64,000 nt of DNA, taken from Octopus bimaculoides (taxonomy: Eukaryota). The notes under the pieces were generated by a model. The model was not told where the DNA came from. It worked only from the letters and a program-made list of their open reading frames with translations, and searched no databases. Where the stretch lies: the NCBI RefSeq assembly GCF_001194135.2, contig NC_068981.1, positions 38,231,727 through 38,295,726 on the forward strand, written 5' to 3'. Shown here piece by piece: positions 36,414 through 49,104 of this stretch (the first letter of the stretch is position 1; every line of letters starts with the position of its first letter). The position numbers were made by a program, and so were the translations under genes.

Positions 36414-36706
36414 NNNNNNNNNNNNNNNNNNNNNNNNNNNNNNNNNNNNNNNNNNNNNNNNNNNNNNNNNNNNNNNNNNNNNNNNNNNNNNNNNNNNNNN
36501 NNNNNNNNNNNNNNNNNNNNNNNNNNNNNNNNNNNNNNNNNNNNNNNNNNNNNNNNNNNNNNNNNNNNNNNNNNNNNNNNNNNNNNNNNNNNNNNNNNNN
36601 NNNNNNNNNNNNNNNNNNNNNNNNNNNNNNNNNNNNNNNNNNNNNNNNNNNNNNNNNNNNNNNNNNNNNNNNNNNNNNNNNNNNNNNNNNNNNNNATAAA
36701 GGATAA

Positions 36707-36726
36707 ATATAGTAATAATAATGATG

Positions 36727-36765
<39 letters not shown>

Positions 36766-36772
36766 TAATAAT
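36707..36772. repeat. (TAA)n/(TGA)n microsatellite
   Basis: Direct inspection. Confidence 0.9.
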
Positions 36773-36919
36773 TATCCATGGATGGAATTTATTGATATTT
36801 TAATACATCACAACACACATTCCCACTATGATCTCAAGAAACATATGATTTGTGAAAACAAGTGTAGTGATGCATTAAAATAATTATAAATTCCATCCAT
36901 GGATTATTATCATTATTAT

Positions 36920-36924
<5 letters not shown>

Positions 36925-36957
<33 letters not shown>

Positions 36958-37165
36958 AGAGTCATTTACATATATACTTATGTATATTCATATATATGTG
37001 CGTGTATATATATATATATCTGTGTGTGTGTGTGTGTGTACAGACACACACGCATAAATACGTATATACATGTATATATATGTATATATACATACAGACA
37101 GTCACATACACACTTACATACACTCATATATACACACATGTACACACACATATACATCAGTATAA
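36925..37165. repeat. Compound (CA)/(TA)/(TG) low-complexity tract
   Basis: Direct inspection. Confidence 0.85.
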
Positions 37166-37829
37166 TATACCTATGTGGTAGGTGCACTGATACAAATCTT
37201 GAAGAATACAATGAAATAAGACATAATACAAGACATAGAACAGTCATGTTTTAACATGTTTTAACAACTACTCTGTCTTGTCAGTGATTGTTTAAAGTCA
37301 ATAATTTTCTAAAGAAGAAACTTTTTATGTAGTTGAAAAATATCCAGATCCATAATAGTGCTATGCTTTAGTGAAATATGTCATATAATATCATTATAAA
37401 AGATAATCAGTGTTTGTAATTGTTTTCAGAGTTGTGTAATGATTTTAGCTGTGTATTATTACTGTGTCATGAGGATGAAGCATTGGTGTTATATTTTGTA
37501 TTAGATGTGTAGTATAGTACATTTGGTATCTTGGAATGACTGAGAATGTATTCAAGCGTTCTTAACAATCAAGACTACAATTAATTTGAGTTACATACAA
37601 TGATGTCATTTGACTAAATCTTTTGTAACTATATTGCATAGATTTTCAGCCACTTATTCTTAAGATTAATTAACAAAGTAAATCAAATATTTTTGAAACT
37701 TAATTGTTTTACAAACATTTGTTTAAGTTTTCATTTTGGTTATATACATAATTTTTAAGGATGCCATCATATGTTAGAAAGTGAATCATATAGCTGCATA
37801 AGCACAGACATGGCTGTGTAGCTAAGAAA

Positions 37830-37877
37830 TTTGCTTCTCAATGATTGTATGTGTTTGCTTCTCAATGATTGTATGTG
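37830..37877. repeat. Perfect 24-bp tandem duplication
   Basis: TTTGCTTCTCAATGATTGTATGTG twice, inside a truncated SINE head. Confidence 0.95.
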
Positions 37878-38071
37878 TTTTGAGGATTTGGTTCCATCTC
37901 TGATTCTTTCTTGAGTAGAGCTATGCTGTGGAGTATAGTGTTGAAAGCCTCATTGTTATGTAGGTTGTGTGTGGAGATGTAAGTCAGAGTTCTAAATTTT
38001 TCTTCCTTCTTTGGTTTTGGTTGTCTAAGTTCTTGTGTATTTAATTTGAGTACTCATTGGATCGTATGTAT

Positions 38072-38432
38072 CGGCACAGGCAAGGCTGTGTAGTTAAGAA
38101 GTTTGCTTCTCAACTACATGCCACTTTGGGCAAGTATCTTTGAAAGAATCCCCTTATGTGTGTGTATGTGTGTTTGTTTGTGTGTGTGTTCATGTGTGTG
38201 TGTGTGTGTCTCCTTGTCTTGACATCATGTGATAGTTGTAAACAAATATCACCTAAGCAGTGTCATTTATTTCTAATATTTTGTGGAAATGTCTGGTCAT
38301 GGAGAAATATTACCAATCTTGAAAACAGGAGAGTGTTGGTGATGATAAGGACATTCAACAATAGAATATCTACCCCAATAAATTCCATCTGGCTCATGAA
38401 AGGATGGAAAAGTAGACATTAAAACAATGATG
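38072..38432 (+). mobile_element. SINE (family F): family-D-like head and TG tract, with an RTE-like tail
   Basis: Head GCACAGGCAAGGCTGTGTAGTTAAGAAG, TTGGGCAAGT and (TG)n. Ends GGCTCATGAAAGGATGGAAAAGTAGACATTAAAACAATGATGA, like the RTE tail. Second copy at 41760-42080. Confidence 0.65.
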
Positions 38433-39205
38433 AATATTTCCCACATTAAAATCGACTGTGAAGAACAAAAAAATTGTCATTTTTTTTTTGTTTACTTTCC
38501 TGAATGATAATGTAGTTACCTTTCTCAGTTCAAATTAATTCATAGAGTAGTATTTGAAATAGAATTTACTTCAATAAGCTAATAATTTAAGAGTTCAATA
38601 TGTATCTACAACTCTTCTACACAATGGAGTACGTTTTCTTTTTATATATTTCCATCCATTTTCACATGTTTCTATCAATATTTCCACCAGATTTTTCTCC
38701 ATGGTTACAACTATATTTTTATTTGATAATATATGTATGTGAAAATTTATATATATAAAATTAACAAAAAAAAATGAAGAAAATATATAACTGAAAATTC
38801 TTTATTTCTGAAAAAATATAATTAAAATAGCAATGGAACTGTTATTTATATCAATTTTAATTTGATAATGTTTTGGCTATGATAAGATTTCATATTCACC
38901 TTTTGATAAAATGTTGTGGATAAGCATATCAATCAAATTCATTAACAAAACAGATTACACATCTGTCACGTTATCTTTTGTTTAATGAAAACTATCACTG
39001 TTTATGTGGACGGTAATGAAAATTAAATAAAAGTAAAATAAGAAAGGAAGTTCACTGTTTGGAAAGAATCAATTTAATTTAGCAAGTAATGCAGAAATAT
39101 TAATAAACTTTATCTGGATTGGATATAATCTTCACTGAGATAATGGTACCATTGAAGATATAATAGATTAACATATATATATATATATATATATGGAAAC
39201 ACATA

Positions 39206-39240
39206 CAGTAGAACCTCGGTTTATGAATGTAATTCATTCC
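39206..39240 (+). mobile_element. pogo/Tigger-like TIR, one-ended
   Basis: TA followed by CAGTAGAACCTCGGTTTATGAATGTAATTCATTCC. No partner TIR seen. Confidence 0.4.
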
Positions 39241-39842
39241 TGAAAGTCACACTCTACCACAACGAACCAAACTACGCTTCTACATCCCTTCTCTTCCTCA
39301 CATTTCTGCTGCATCTACTATGATTACCTCCCACTCCCCAATCTTGTCCTCTTGGCCCAGAGCCGCTGTATCATTGCTCTGTGCTTGCCCCCGACTTGTG
39401 CATTCTACCCACATGTTTTGTCTCACTCTTTTATTGCATCTGCTAGCCCCTGACCTTGGTGTTCCACCCTCATGTAACAAGAAAACTTTTCCCTCACTCT
39501 ACCCCAACAAACCAATTTACATCTCTTCACTTTCTCGCATTTCCTCCTTCATTCACTATGCCTAGCTCTCACTCTCCAATCCTGTCTTGACACCCCTGTT
39601 CCTCTGTATCATTGCTATCCAGTAGCCCCTGCAATTTTATATACACCCAGCTCTTTTGTCACTTACTCACACTCACTTCACAAGATCCTGTCACTTATAT
39701 TATGGCATTTGAACCTCAAGAGTATGCCCTGGCACTTGCCACTATCTATATCTCTCTCTTCCTTTACTCAACCATCTCATTTATACTCTGATCCCTGTTC
39801 CTAGTGAGCATGCTGGGCATTTTGCCACCATCTCCATCCTGA

Positions 39843-39993
39843 ATTAGGAAGGGCATCCAGCTGTAGAAACTCTGCCAGATCAGATTAGAGACTGGTGCAG
39901 CCTTCTGGCTTGCCAGTCCTCAGTCAAATCGTCCAACCCATGCTAGCATGGAAAGCGGACGTTAAACGATGATGATGATGATGTTGATGATGA
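39843..39993 (+). mobile_element. RTE 3' tail
   Basis: TTAGGAAGGGCATCCAGCTGTAGAAACTCTGCC...GGAAAGCGGACGTTAAAC(GAT)n. Confidence 0.88.
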
Positions 39994-39999
39994 TATATG

Positions 40000-40235
40000 T
40001 ATGAGTGTGTGTGTGTTTCTCTTTGTCCACCACCACTGCTTGACAACTGTTGTTGGTTTCTTTATATCTATGTAATATGTAACTTAGCTGCTTGGCAAAA
40101 GAGACAGATAGTATAAGAACCAGGCTTAAAATAAGCACTGGGGTTGATTTGTTTAACTAAAAATCTCTTCATGACAGTACTCTAGCATTGCAGCAGTCTA
40201 ATAACTGAAACAAGTAATAGATAAAAGATAGATTG
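40000..40235 (+). mobile_element. SINE family D, 3' half
   Basis: Matches the reverse complement of 8527-8740 (GGCAAAAGAGACAGATAG...ATAACTGAAACAAGTAATAG). Confidence 0.7.
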
Positions 40236-40679
40236 TTATTGTTTGCAGATCTAGATGCGAACATAAGTTTTAATTATACCTTAATCTATATTTATCAATT
40301 GATTATGTAACAGAATGATTTTTCAATCATTGATTGCATAGTTTTCTGCTCATTTATCACAACAAAATTTCAGCTTCTGTTAGATAATATTAACACTATT
40401 TGTAGCTAAAATGAAGAAGTAGGAAACCAAGTTTGAGATTAATTAATGCAATAGGGTTAAAGGATCATAGAGCAAAGTAATAGATGTAACACATATAATA
40501 GCGTATATTTTGGGGTGTGAAATTTATCAAAAGTGTTAGGAAAATTAGTTAATAGCTGATTGTTTTTAGCCAGCCATGAAATTAACTGAGTAGATTGCTG
40601 ACAATTATAAATACATCTGCATGTCTTTGGTTAAATATATTTAATTGGTGAATCAATTTAAAATTTGTTCACTAGAGAC

Positions 40680-40870
40680 ACAGGCATGGTTCTGAGGCAC
40701 AGGCATGACTCTGTAGTTAACAAGTTCACTTTCCAACCCCAAGCTTTCAGGTTCAGTCCCACCTTAGACAATTGTCTTCTATAACCTCAGGCTAATCAAA
40801 ACATTATGAGAGGATTTGATAAATGGAAAGGAACCAGTTTTATACATACATACATACATACATACATACA
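40680..40870 (+). mobile_element. SINE family D/F, 5' part
   Basis: Duplicated head GGCACAGGCATG, GGTTCAGTCCC and TGTCTTCTATAACCTCAGG. Confidence 0.6.
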
Positions 40871-40948
40871 TACATACATTCATACAAGGGGTTGCTTATT
40901 TCAAGCAATACTGTTGCTTTAGTGATGTATATATTTAACATTTTGGTT

Positions 40949-41290
40949 GAAAAATTGCTAACAAGCCACTCTGCTGGGCTCAAATCTCATTTGCAAACCC
41001 ATGGAAAACGAACCTCCACCAGCTATTCTGCCTATATGTCTGCACACACCTTTCAATGCAATGTATGCCAGAGCGACTGAAAATCTAATGGAGGCCTCAA
41101 AAGACATTCTAAGATCCACAAAGATCAGAAATTAACTGAAGTTCTTGGTGGTCCAAAACAGATATGTAATCTATGTGGGTGTCTTTTCAAAACATTGTCT
41201 GGTTTAAAAAACCACATCAAATGCCATGATGGTTCTAAGGTGCAGGTACAGGAGGTGGTCAAACTCTGCATAAGGAGTAAACAACCATCA
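40949..41290 (+). mobile_element. RTE-type LINE 3' end with three C2H2-like GL fingers (pseudogenic)
   Basis: One frame with one stop: SHSAGLKSHLQTH...FQCNVCQSD*KSNGGLKRHSKIH...ICNLCGCLFKTLSGLKNHIKCH. The terminus ...CCATCA resembles the end of the LINE at 27745. Confidence 0.65.
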
Positions 41291-41664
41291 TATATATATA
41301 TATATAGTTTATAGATGAAATCCAGATATTCTCTGTATAGAATATACTTAATAGTGCTCAAGAAGTTTAAACTTCAGTGGGTTTAATGAGTGGATTTAAT
41401 GTTTGTAGATTGATTCCCTCATAGGATGAGATGAGCCTCTATCTTTAGGAATGAGGCTTGTCTTTGAACAAACATTATTATGAACCACCAAGCTCCCAGA
41501 AATAGTTGTTGGATTTGTAATACTTTTCTTCAACCCATTTAATTTTCTGTATCATTGGTATTCTGTGTAAATCAGACCTTTTTATATGTATACATATATA
41601 CAGTTTTTGTATTTCCTGTGTTTAATATATTGATCTGTCTAACTTGCTTATATCTACATTTACT

Positions 41665-41723
<59 letters not shown>

Positions 41724-41759
41724 GTATGTATGTATGTATGTATGCTTACACATGCACAC

Positions 41760-42080
41760 ATATTTATGTGTTTGCAAGAGTGTATGAATGTCTGAATGCT
41801 TATATCATTTTATCTTGACAGTATGTAATTGCTGTAAAATATGCTCCTCGGTCATACAAGTGTTATATTTTTGTTTCCAGTCTTTTGTGAAAACACGCCC
41901 AGCCATGAGAAATATTGTCTGTTTGGAAACAAGTAAGGGTTGTCAACAGGAATGCATCCAGCCATGGAAAATCTAACTCAATGATTTCCATCAGCCCCAT
42001 TCATGCATGGAAGAAAAGTGGATGATGAAATGACAATGATCATGTGGCTGCCTGTGCTGCTACTGCTGATGATGATGGTG
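41760..42080 (+). mobile_element. SINE family F, decayed
   Basis: Homologous to 38200-38432 (TCTTGACA...GTGAAAAC...CCATG.GAAATATT...GGAAACA...GCATCCAGCC...). Confidence 0.6.
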
Positions 42081-42189
42081 AGAACTGATTTAAAAAGAAG
42101 AGTGTTTCCTAAGATAATTTTTCATAATTTATTATCCAGGTATATATAAGTTTGGATGGTAGGTGAGTTCTTGCATAAACTAACAACTG

Positions 42190-42340
42190 AATCTCAATGT
42201 GACCTCTTGATCTGCTAGAAAAAGCAGATAAAATCTCTCTTAAATCACACCCTACTGTCTTAAAAAATGAAAAATGCATCGGATAACAGTCTAGGGAAAA
42301 CAGTTTAGATGATCATGCTGAAAAGCATTTCATCTTAGGT
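42190..42340 (-). repeat. Unclassified dispersed repeat (family of 26575-26770)
   Basis: CTCTTAAATCACACCCTACTGTCTTAAAAAA is a reverse-complement match to GAAAGTAGGATGCTTGAAGGAGATTTGG. Confidence 0.5.
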
Positions 42341-43176
42341 TAGCTTTTCTCAAGGCTGAGCTGAGGATAAACAATTGTAACACCAATAAGAGATAAATAT
42401 ATATAATTGTTGCTTTGTTATTTGCTAAACAAATTTGCCTCAATCTGTTAACATGCTCATACTCCTGACCCTTCTCTATGTTTCTCTCTTTCCCTCTGGT
42501 ACGAAGAGTACATATACAGAGAGAGAGAAACCCTTGCATAACCAAATTTTATAGTACGATGTATGAATAGGTTTGTGATAGCAATAAATTTTATTACACC
42601 CAAAATCTAATATTTAGATCTTGTAACCATTTCAACAATATGCACTAGACAGTGTGTGTAACTGTGATGAATTGTCTACAGTTGATTTATACAGAGAGTG
42701 GAAAGGAAGAGATTATGAAAAACTAAAACTTATTATAAAATGCTGTTCTATACAGCAGTCATCTTTTACAGACAATTTTAGCCATAACTACATGTCTGTG
42801 ACTATATACAGCTAAGCAATATGCATAATATATGTTGGAGCGATGTCAACTACTTGATTTAAGTTTAATTGCTCTCAGTGGTGTAGCATGGCTTCTCAGC
42901 ACCCCTTGGCAAGGATACTCTTGGCACCTTTACCTTAATTAACAGGTATGAGAGGGCAAAGGAAATCTTGTGCACGTTTACACTTGTGCCCAGTAGGGGT
43001 GACATCTACACCTTTGATTACTATGGTATAGGCAATTTTCTATGGAGAGTGGCTCAATGAAAGATTAATTTACCTTGCTCATTATAGTCCCAAGTGTGAA
43101 TTTTGTCTAAGCTCACTTCACTTTTTATTATCTAAGGCCAACAGATTAATATAGTGACAACTAGTCATATAAATAT

Positions 43177-43208
<32 letters not shown>

Positions 43209-43238
43209 AAGAGAGAGAGAGAAAGAGAGAGAGAGAGA
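43177..43238. repeat. (GA)n microsatellite
   Basis: Direct inspection. Confidence 0.95.
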
Positions 43239-44389
43239 TAGGTGCTAGAAAGCAACTTATCTAGTCAAACAGAATTGTCTAATTCATGCCAGATTATAAC
43301 GTTATGTATGCCAAATACATCAAGCTGCTTTGGATTGTAGAATTTCTCCATAACTAAAAAACACACTATGGAGCATAATGCCATTATTAAAATATAAGAG
43401 CAAAATCTATAGCAATATTTGAAAACAGCTCAGAATCCTGTTCAGTATTAAATCACATTCAATGCTAAATCATTTTTTAAATTCTTTATTTGTTAATCTG
43501 TGCAAATTTGTTTAATGAAGCAGAGAAATTTATGATAAAAGCTAAACAATTAAAAATTTTTCTCTAATAACATTTAAGAAGATTAATAAACAGGAATGTT
43601 ACTGATAAAATACAATCCTCTTTTTTTCTTTTTTAACCCCTTCATAATGAACTGAGATTGGTATAGTCAGATTTTTTTAAGTGCCCTGCAGCAACTAATT
43701 ATTTTTGTAGTTTGAATTCTGGAGATTTAATCCTATAATTTAAAGAGAAAACTAAAAGGAAGAAATTGAAAATTAATTTACAACTGATTAAATAGATTAA
43801 TTGATTGGAAATAAGGTATACACAATTGTTCTTTGAAAGTATCGGCAGCCATTATTTATACCTATGCTTAAATGACAAAACAACAGTATAAAGAAATTCT
43901 AAAAATTCTAAATTCTAGTTATAGAACAAGAAAAAGAATGGAAAACCTTCTTCAACAAAAGAAAAAGTAAAACTTATCTATAATTGAAACTGGAGAATTA
44001 TTTTTAAATTTCTGAGATAAAATTGAAAGATAATTGGTGCTTTTTATTTTCAGATAGACAAATATCCTTCAACTATATTGTATGGTTTCATAGTTTTCAC
44101 TTCAGGAGGCATTATTTGTAAATATTTTATATTTGTAATTTACTACAGTAACAGCCAGAAATTTGCTACTACATTTAAGCAGAAACTCTTTATATAAGTT
44201 ACATTGTCATCATTTAATAGTTCTAGCTACCTGTTAATATTTAGGGCTGATGAAACAATATTATTTTCTTGGTAATTGTGGTGGTGATTCTGTTTTTGAA
44301 CTGTTGAGGAAAATAAAGTCAAGATGGTTCCATTATATTCTATAGAATGCTTTCAAGGTCTTTGTTTAATTTGTGCATGTTTGGCCTGA

Positions 44390-45560
44390 AGTATCTTGAC
44401 TGCATACAGACAATGTTTGGGTGTACTTAGTCTGTATATGTTTGGCATGAGGTGAGGAGGTTATGCTTGAGTGTGGAAGTTTAAGAGCAGCAGCATCTAT
44501 ACAGGACTTGGCATTATTGGCAGTGACAACAGTTAAGTCTTAGAAACACAAGAGGAAGAATATTAAGGACAAACTCAATCTGTTAGATTGTGGGTCACAT
44601 GGATCTCCGTCAGTTTGAACTGCAATGGTGTTAACTCAAAAACTTAAGGACCCTAAAGATGAGAGACGGATGAAGTACATAAGCTTACCTAAGAAATTTG
44701 CATATCAGACATGGTCAAGTTCTTTGTTGATGTAAAGCACATTGCCATCATTGTTTTGATCTAACTAACTCAAAGGCGAAGATCCATTAGAGAGTGACAT
44801 AGAAGTGTAGAACTTCAGTAAAGTAAGCTGTACTGACGGTTGTTAAAAGAGGATAGGGTTTCTCAGGCTGGAAGAAAATGTTTTTTAATGATTGTTCCTA
44901 TCAACTTTGAAATGTCAGTATTGATTGTATCATTAGAGTTAATGTTCTTTTTTAAGAATGAAAGTAAGATCAAAGAAATTGACAGTTTTATAAGCTAGCT
45001 TTGGAGAGCATTGTTTGAACACATTAGCAATGACTTTAACAGGCTTTCTTGGTTTAAAATGTCTACAGGAATTTTTGCAGTTACAGCTTATATGTAAATG
45101 GTGGGGAACCTCTTGGTGAAGAGACAGATAGTTTTGAATGAGATTTACTTCATTTGTGTAGTGCAGAGTTGGGAACATGGTGGATAGCAAATATGGATGC
45201 ATTTTTTGCAGGAGTACTTCTTACTGGATAATCATTGCTGAGAAGCTGAAAGAAAGACAATTGCACAAAATAATGAGTATTTTGGTAAGGTTTTAAAATT
45301 GTAATCTGTAATTTGGTGGGTCATAGAACCTGCAGGTTGTGCAGTGCCTGGAAACATCCTTTATATTCAAGTGATAATTTTTCAGTTGCTTTGGTGGTGG
45401 GTGAAAGCTGCAGTGGTGAACCTGCTTAGGATATTTGGAGTTACGAATTTGGTCTTTTTAGTTTAGTGAATGATGTAGAAGAAGACAACTTTGAGATAAG
45501 CTTCAGATACCACTCAGGTGTTTCTGCTGGGCAGTGGCAAAGTATAAGTATTGCTTGAAC
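44390..45560 (-). mobile_element. Strongly decayed, possibly rearranged PLE
   Basis: Minus-strand pieces KTVNFFDLTFILK, NNDGNVLYINKELDH, LIGTIIKKHF and an LLTSCQ-like terminal motif resemble PLE RT and endonuclease segments. Confidence 0.45.
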
Positions 45561-45691
45561 TACAGATTTCTGATTAATCAGTTAATAGGTTTGATCAGAT
45601 GTTTCCAAATCACAGATATTTTTAAGATTGATATTGTATAAAATATAGTCCATGAATGCAGGTGCAATGCATGTATGTTTGTGTGTGTGTG

Positions 45692-45726
<35 letters not shown>

Positions 45727-46298
45727 ACGCGCGCATAGTCATTTTCTTAAAAAATGCTGTCTGCTAAATACTGAGATTGTCACATTAAACATTTATCCTC
45801 GAATGAATTAATAATATTTCAATTTGCAAAATACTGGAATGCACATTTAGATTCAATGTAACAACAGGTGAATAAATTGAATAAGAGATATATTATTTTA
45901 TGCAGTGAAATCAAAACAGATTTGGTTTGATTTTTCACAAGTAAGTCAAGAGGAATATTAAATTAGTGCATATACATTATCATTTTCTGTTTGCCTCATT
46001 CAAATAAAATATCATTAAATACTATTAAGAATGAATATACCTACTGATCATCCAGCAACTACATCATCCTCAGAGTGATTAGGATGAACAATATCATCAT
46101 TATCATTACAATATAAAATGTACTAAACATCTTAATGCTACCAAAAGGCTCATGCATGTTTCCTACAAGTTCCATTAAAGGCAACTCTTTTTTTAATGGA
46201 TATTTATAACGTTTGGTAAGTCATTTAAAGCCAAAACTCAGTATCTCATCCATAAAATGTTCTATATCAACTCTTTTGTCAGTATCACAGATTGTAAT

Positions 46299-46451
46299 TG
46301 TTGTGTGGACGCCCCGAAGTGAAGAAGTAGGATCGCCCAAGACATATAAATAGAGGTAGTCTGACCGTGGTAGGGAATTGAGTAGCCGTCGTGTAGCAGT
46401 TGAGTAGAGATCATCCGAAGCTGCTAGATAGCAGTAGCTTGAGACATAACA
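46299..46451 (+). mobile_element. Solo LTR (153 bp) with 5-bp TSD
   Basis: Starts TGTTGTGT and ends ACATAACA (TG...CA, 7/8 inverted match). GTAAT duplicated at 46294-46298 and 46452-46456. TATAAA at 46345-46350. CpG-rich relative to the flanks. Strand assigned only from the TATA box. Confidence 0.8.
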
Positions 46452-48827
46452 GTAATCTATGCACTTGATTTTCATCTTTGTCTTTCCCAATTTCATAGTG
46501 TCTTCTTCCTGGTGGATATAAAGCAAAGTTTCAACTCAAATAATTCTTGACAAAAACTCACCAACTCTGAACCCTAACAGGACCTAATCTTATTTCATCC
46601 ATTTTGTATTATAATGTTACCCATTTTTGGAAGTCATGCTGTATAATCGTTCAGTTTGTCCTGAAGCTAACATATTATCAAACATGATCTATGTCTGTAA
46701 GATATATTAAAATTGTATAGATTCTTTAAGATAAATCAGCATAGATAAACTTTGCTTCTCTCACAACTCTTTCTCAAACCTTTTCTTTTAAATACTTCAA
46801 ATATTTAGAACTTATCTGATACAATATCAACTTGCATCACAAAATTCAGTTTTACTTATTTGTTTAGATTCTTCTATATTTGGTTTGCTTTGTAAGTTCT
46901 GTTAAATTGTACATCTTCTATCAACTGAGATTTATTTCCCTTGTAACCAACTGCAAATATATCAACTAAAATTTATGCCAGAAATTATTCTTCAGTAATC
47001 TATCAGTGGGGATGATGGCTGTCGAGTAACATAGGATGTGGATTTTACAAATGTGACAAATGTCAAACTCATGTCAACAAAGTAAGCAAGTGTCAGACAT
47101 TAGTCTTGACAGCAGAATATATAATTATAAACTTTCTTATAAATATCACTCAATGAATATTTTAAGCAAATCAGCATAAACTGATCTAATGATACCTTGT
47201 GCTCTGATCATTAATGCTTCATTTGAAAAGAGTGATTTCTCTTGTGCTTCAGAAAGCATTCCCCTGAAATATGATGGCTCCTTTATGCATTCCAGAGAAA
47301 ATTCAATGGAAGTCTATAAAATTTCATTGAACATTCCTCACTTATCAACTATTCTCTATCTGAACCAATACAAATGCTTGTCAGTTATAATGCAAATAGC
47401 ACAGATTTTTCTTTGCAGAAGATTCCTTTCCTTCAATTAAAATGAAAATCACTCTCCTCCAGCTGTCAACCCTCCGGAATTCTTGCCCTCAGACTTTGCA
47501 TTATCATTCATTTCTTAAAATTACATCTTTCAATGTATACTTAATTTTCTCCAAGATTGAAAAAGCACCAATTCAGTTAGGAAACAACTATCATGTTTCC
47601 TTTGCATAAATCATAGTGCATTAAGGAAATATTTGAAAATATTAACACATGTAAAGATTAGTAAATGATCTGACAAACTTAATTACTTCCTAAATTATAC
47701 TTAACAATGCACATAAATATCATACTTGAAAATATAGCTAAATAATTTTGCCTGTTATTTATTTAATTATTTCTGTATGATCTTAGTCATAAACAGTGAT
47801 TCTTCAAACATGATTAAATACACATTTAGACAGAAATATGGAATGACTTACAAAATAAAATGTAAAATTCTCATAGGAACATGAGGAAAGTCAATAATCA
47901 GATAAGATATAAAAACTAAATTATGGACAAAAGCGTCCCAAAATTTTGTTTGACTGAGTCATACTTTTCCTGCATAAGATTTGAGTAATGAGAAAAGAAT
48001 TCACATGCAATATCTTAAAAATGACTGGAAACATTAAATGTCTGGATTTGCTCCAGCCATTTTATTAGACTTTCCCATTTGCCATTCACAATTAGTGTTA
48101 TGTCAGATATTTTGAAATGTGTCGGTCTTATGAGAGCCTAGGAAATTTCTTTAGCCTCAATTTTATTTTACCTGATAATTCTTCTTTGTCACAATATGCA
48201 TCTTTCAATGTTTTATTGATGCTGCTCTGGATTTCCTGGCTGCAAATATTGTCAAGAATGTAAGGATGGTTCAGATGAACAACATACAAGTAATATATTT
48301 AGTTTCATCCTTTTTAATTACAAGTTCACAATTATCCAGGCTTAGTCTCATCTTTAATCCACCAACAAAATTGTGACTATTATTAATACTTTACCCATAC
48401 AAAGTGATACATAGCCTAGTAAAAAATAAATCACTATAATATTGGACATATTTAATACCGCTCTCTATACTTTGTACTATGCATCAGGTTATTGATAATG
48501 CAGTTACTATTATTGTAAAAACAAACTGTTGATACTATTGAAGTTATTATTACTATATTGTATGTCGCTATCACTATTGTTGAGGTTGCAATCATTGCTA
48601 ACTTTGGTTCAGCTTCAGAAGTTATTTCTTTTGATATACTCAATGCTTTTATTATTATTGATGTTATTTAAGTTACTGATGTTGCTATAACTATTATTAA
48701 GTTGATTCAGTGATGGTGAACTGAGTATATACAAGTAATATTTTCTTCAACATATGCATAGTTTCATTAAAACAAATAAAACATTGTAAAATAGTAAGAG
48801 AGTGATTATCTGGTTGATCATGTTGCT

Positions 48828-48950
48828 GATTCTCAATGCTGCTGGGGTCAACTTTGCCTTTGAACCTTCAGGGTCGATAAAATAAACATTAGTTAAGCAC
48901 TGGGATCGATTCAATCAACTGAGTCCCTCCCCCAAAATTGCTGGCCTTAT
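48828..48950 (+). mobile_element. SINE family C, partial
   Basis: GGGGTCAACTTTGCCTTTGAACCTTCAGGGTCGATAAAATAAAC...AAATTGCTGGCCTT. Confidence 0.72.
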
Positions 48951-49104
48951 TATTATTATTATTTAGTGAGAAAGCACTGCATGTCATCAAATTGATGATG
49001 GAATACAAATATACAAAGCGCAATACACCCATCATGACTACTTGTCTGATAAGGTTGCTTTAGGCACATTCATCACAACCATACATGCATGACATGGTGA
49101 CCTT

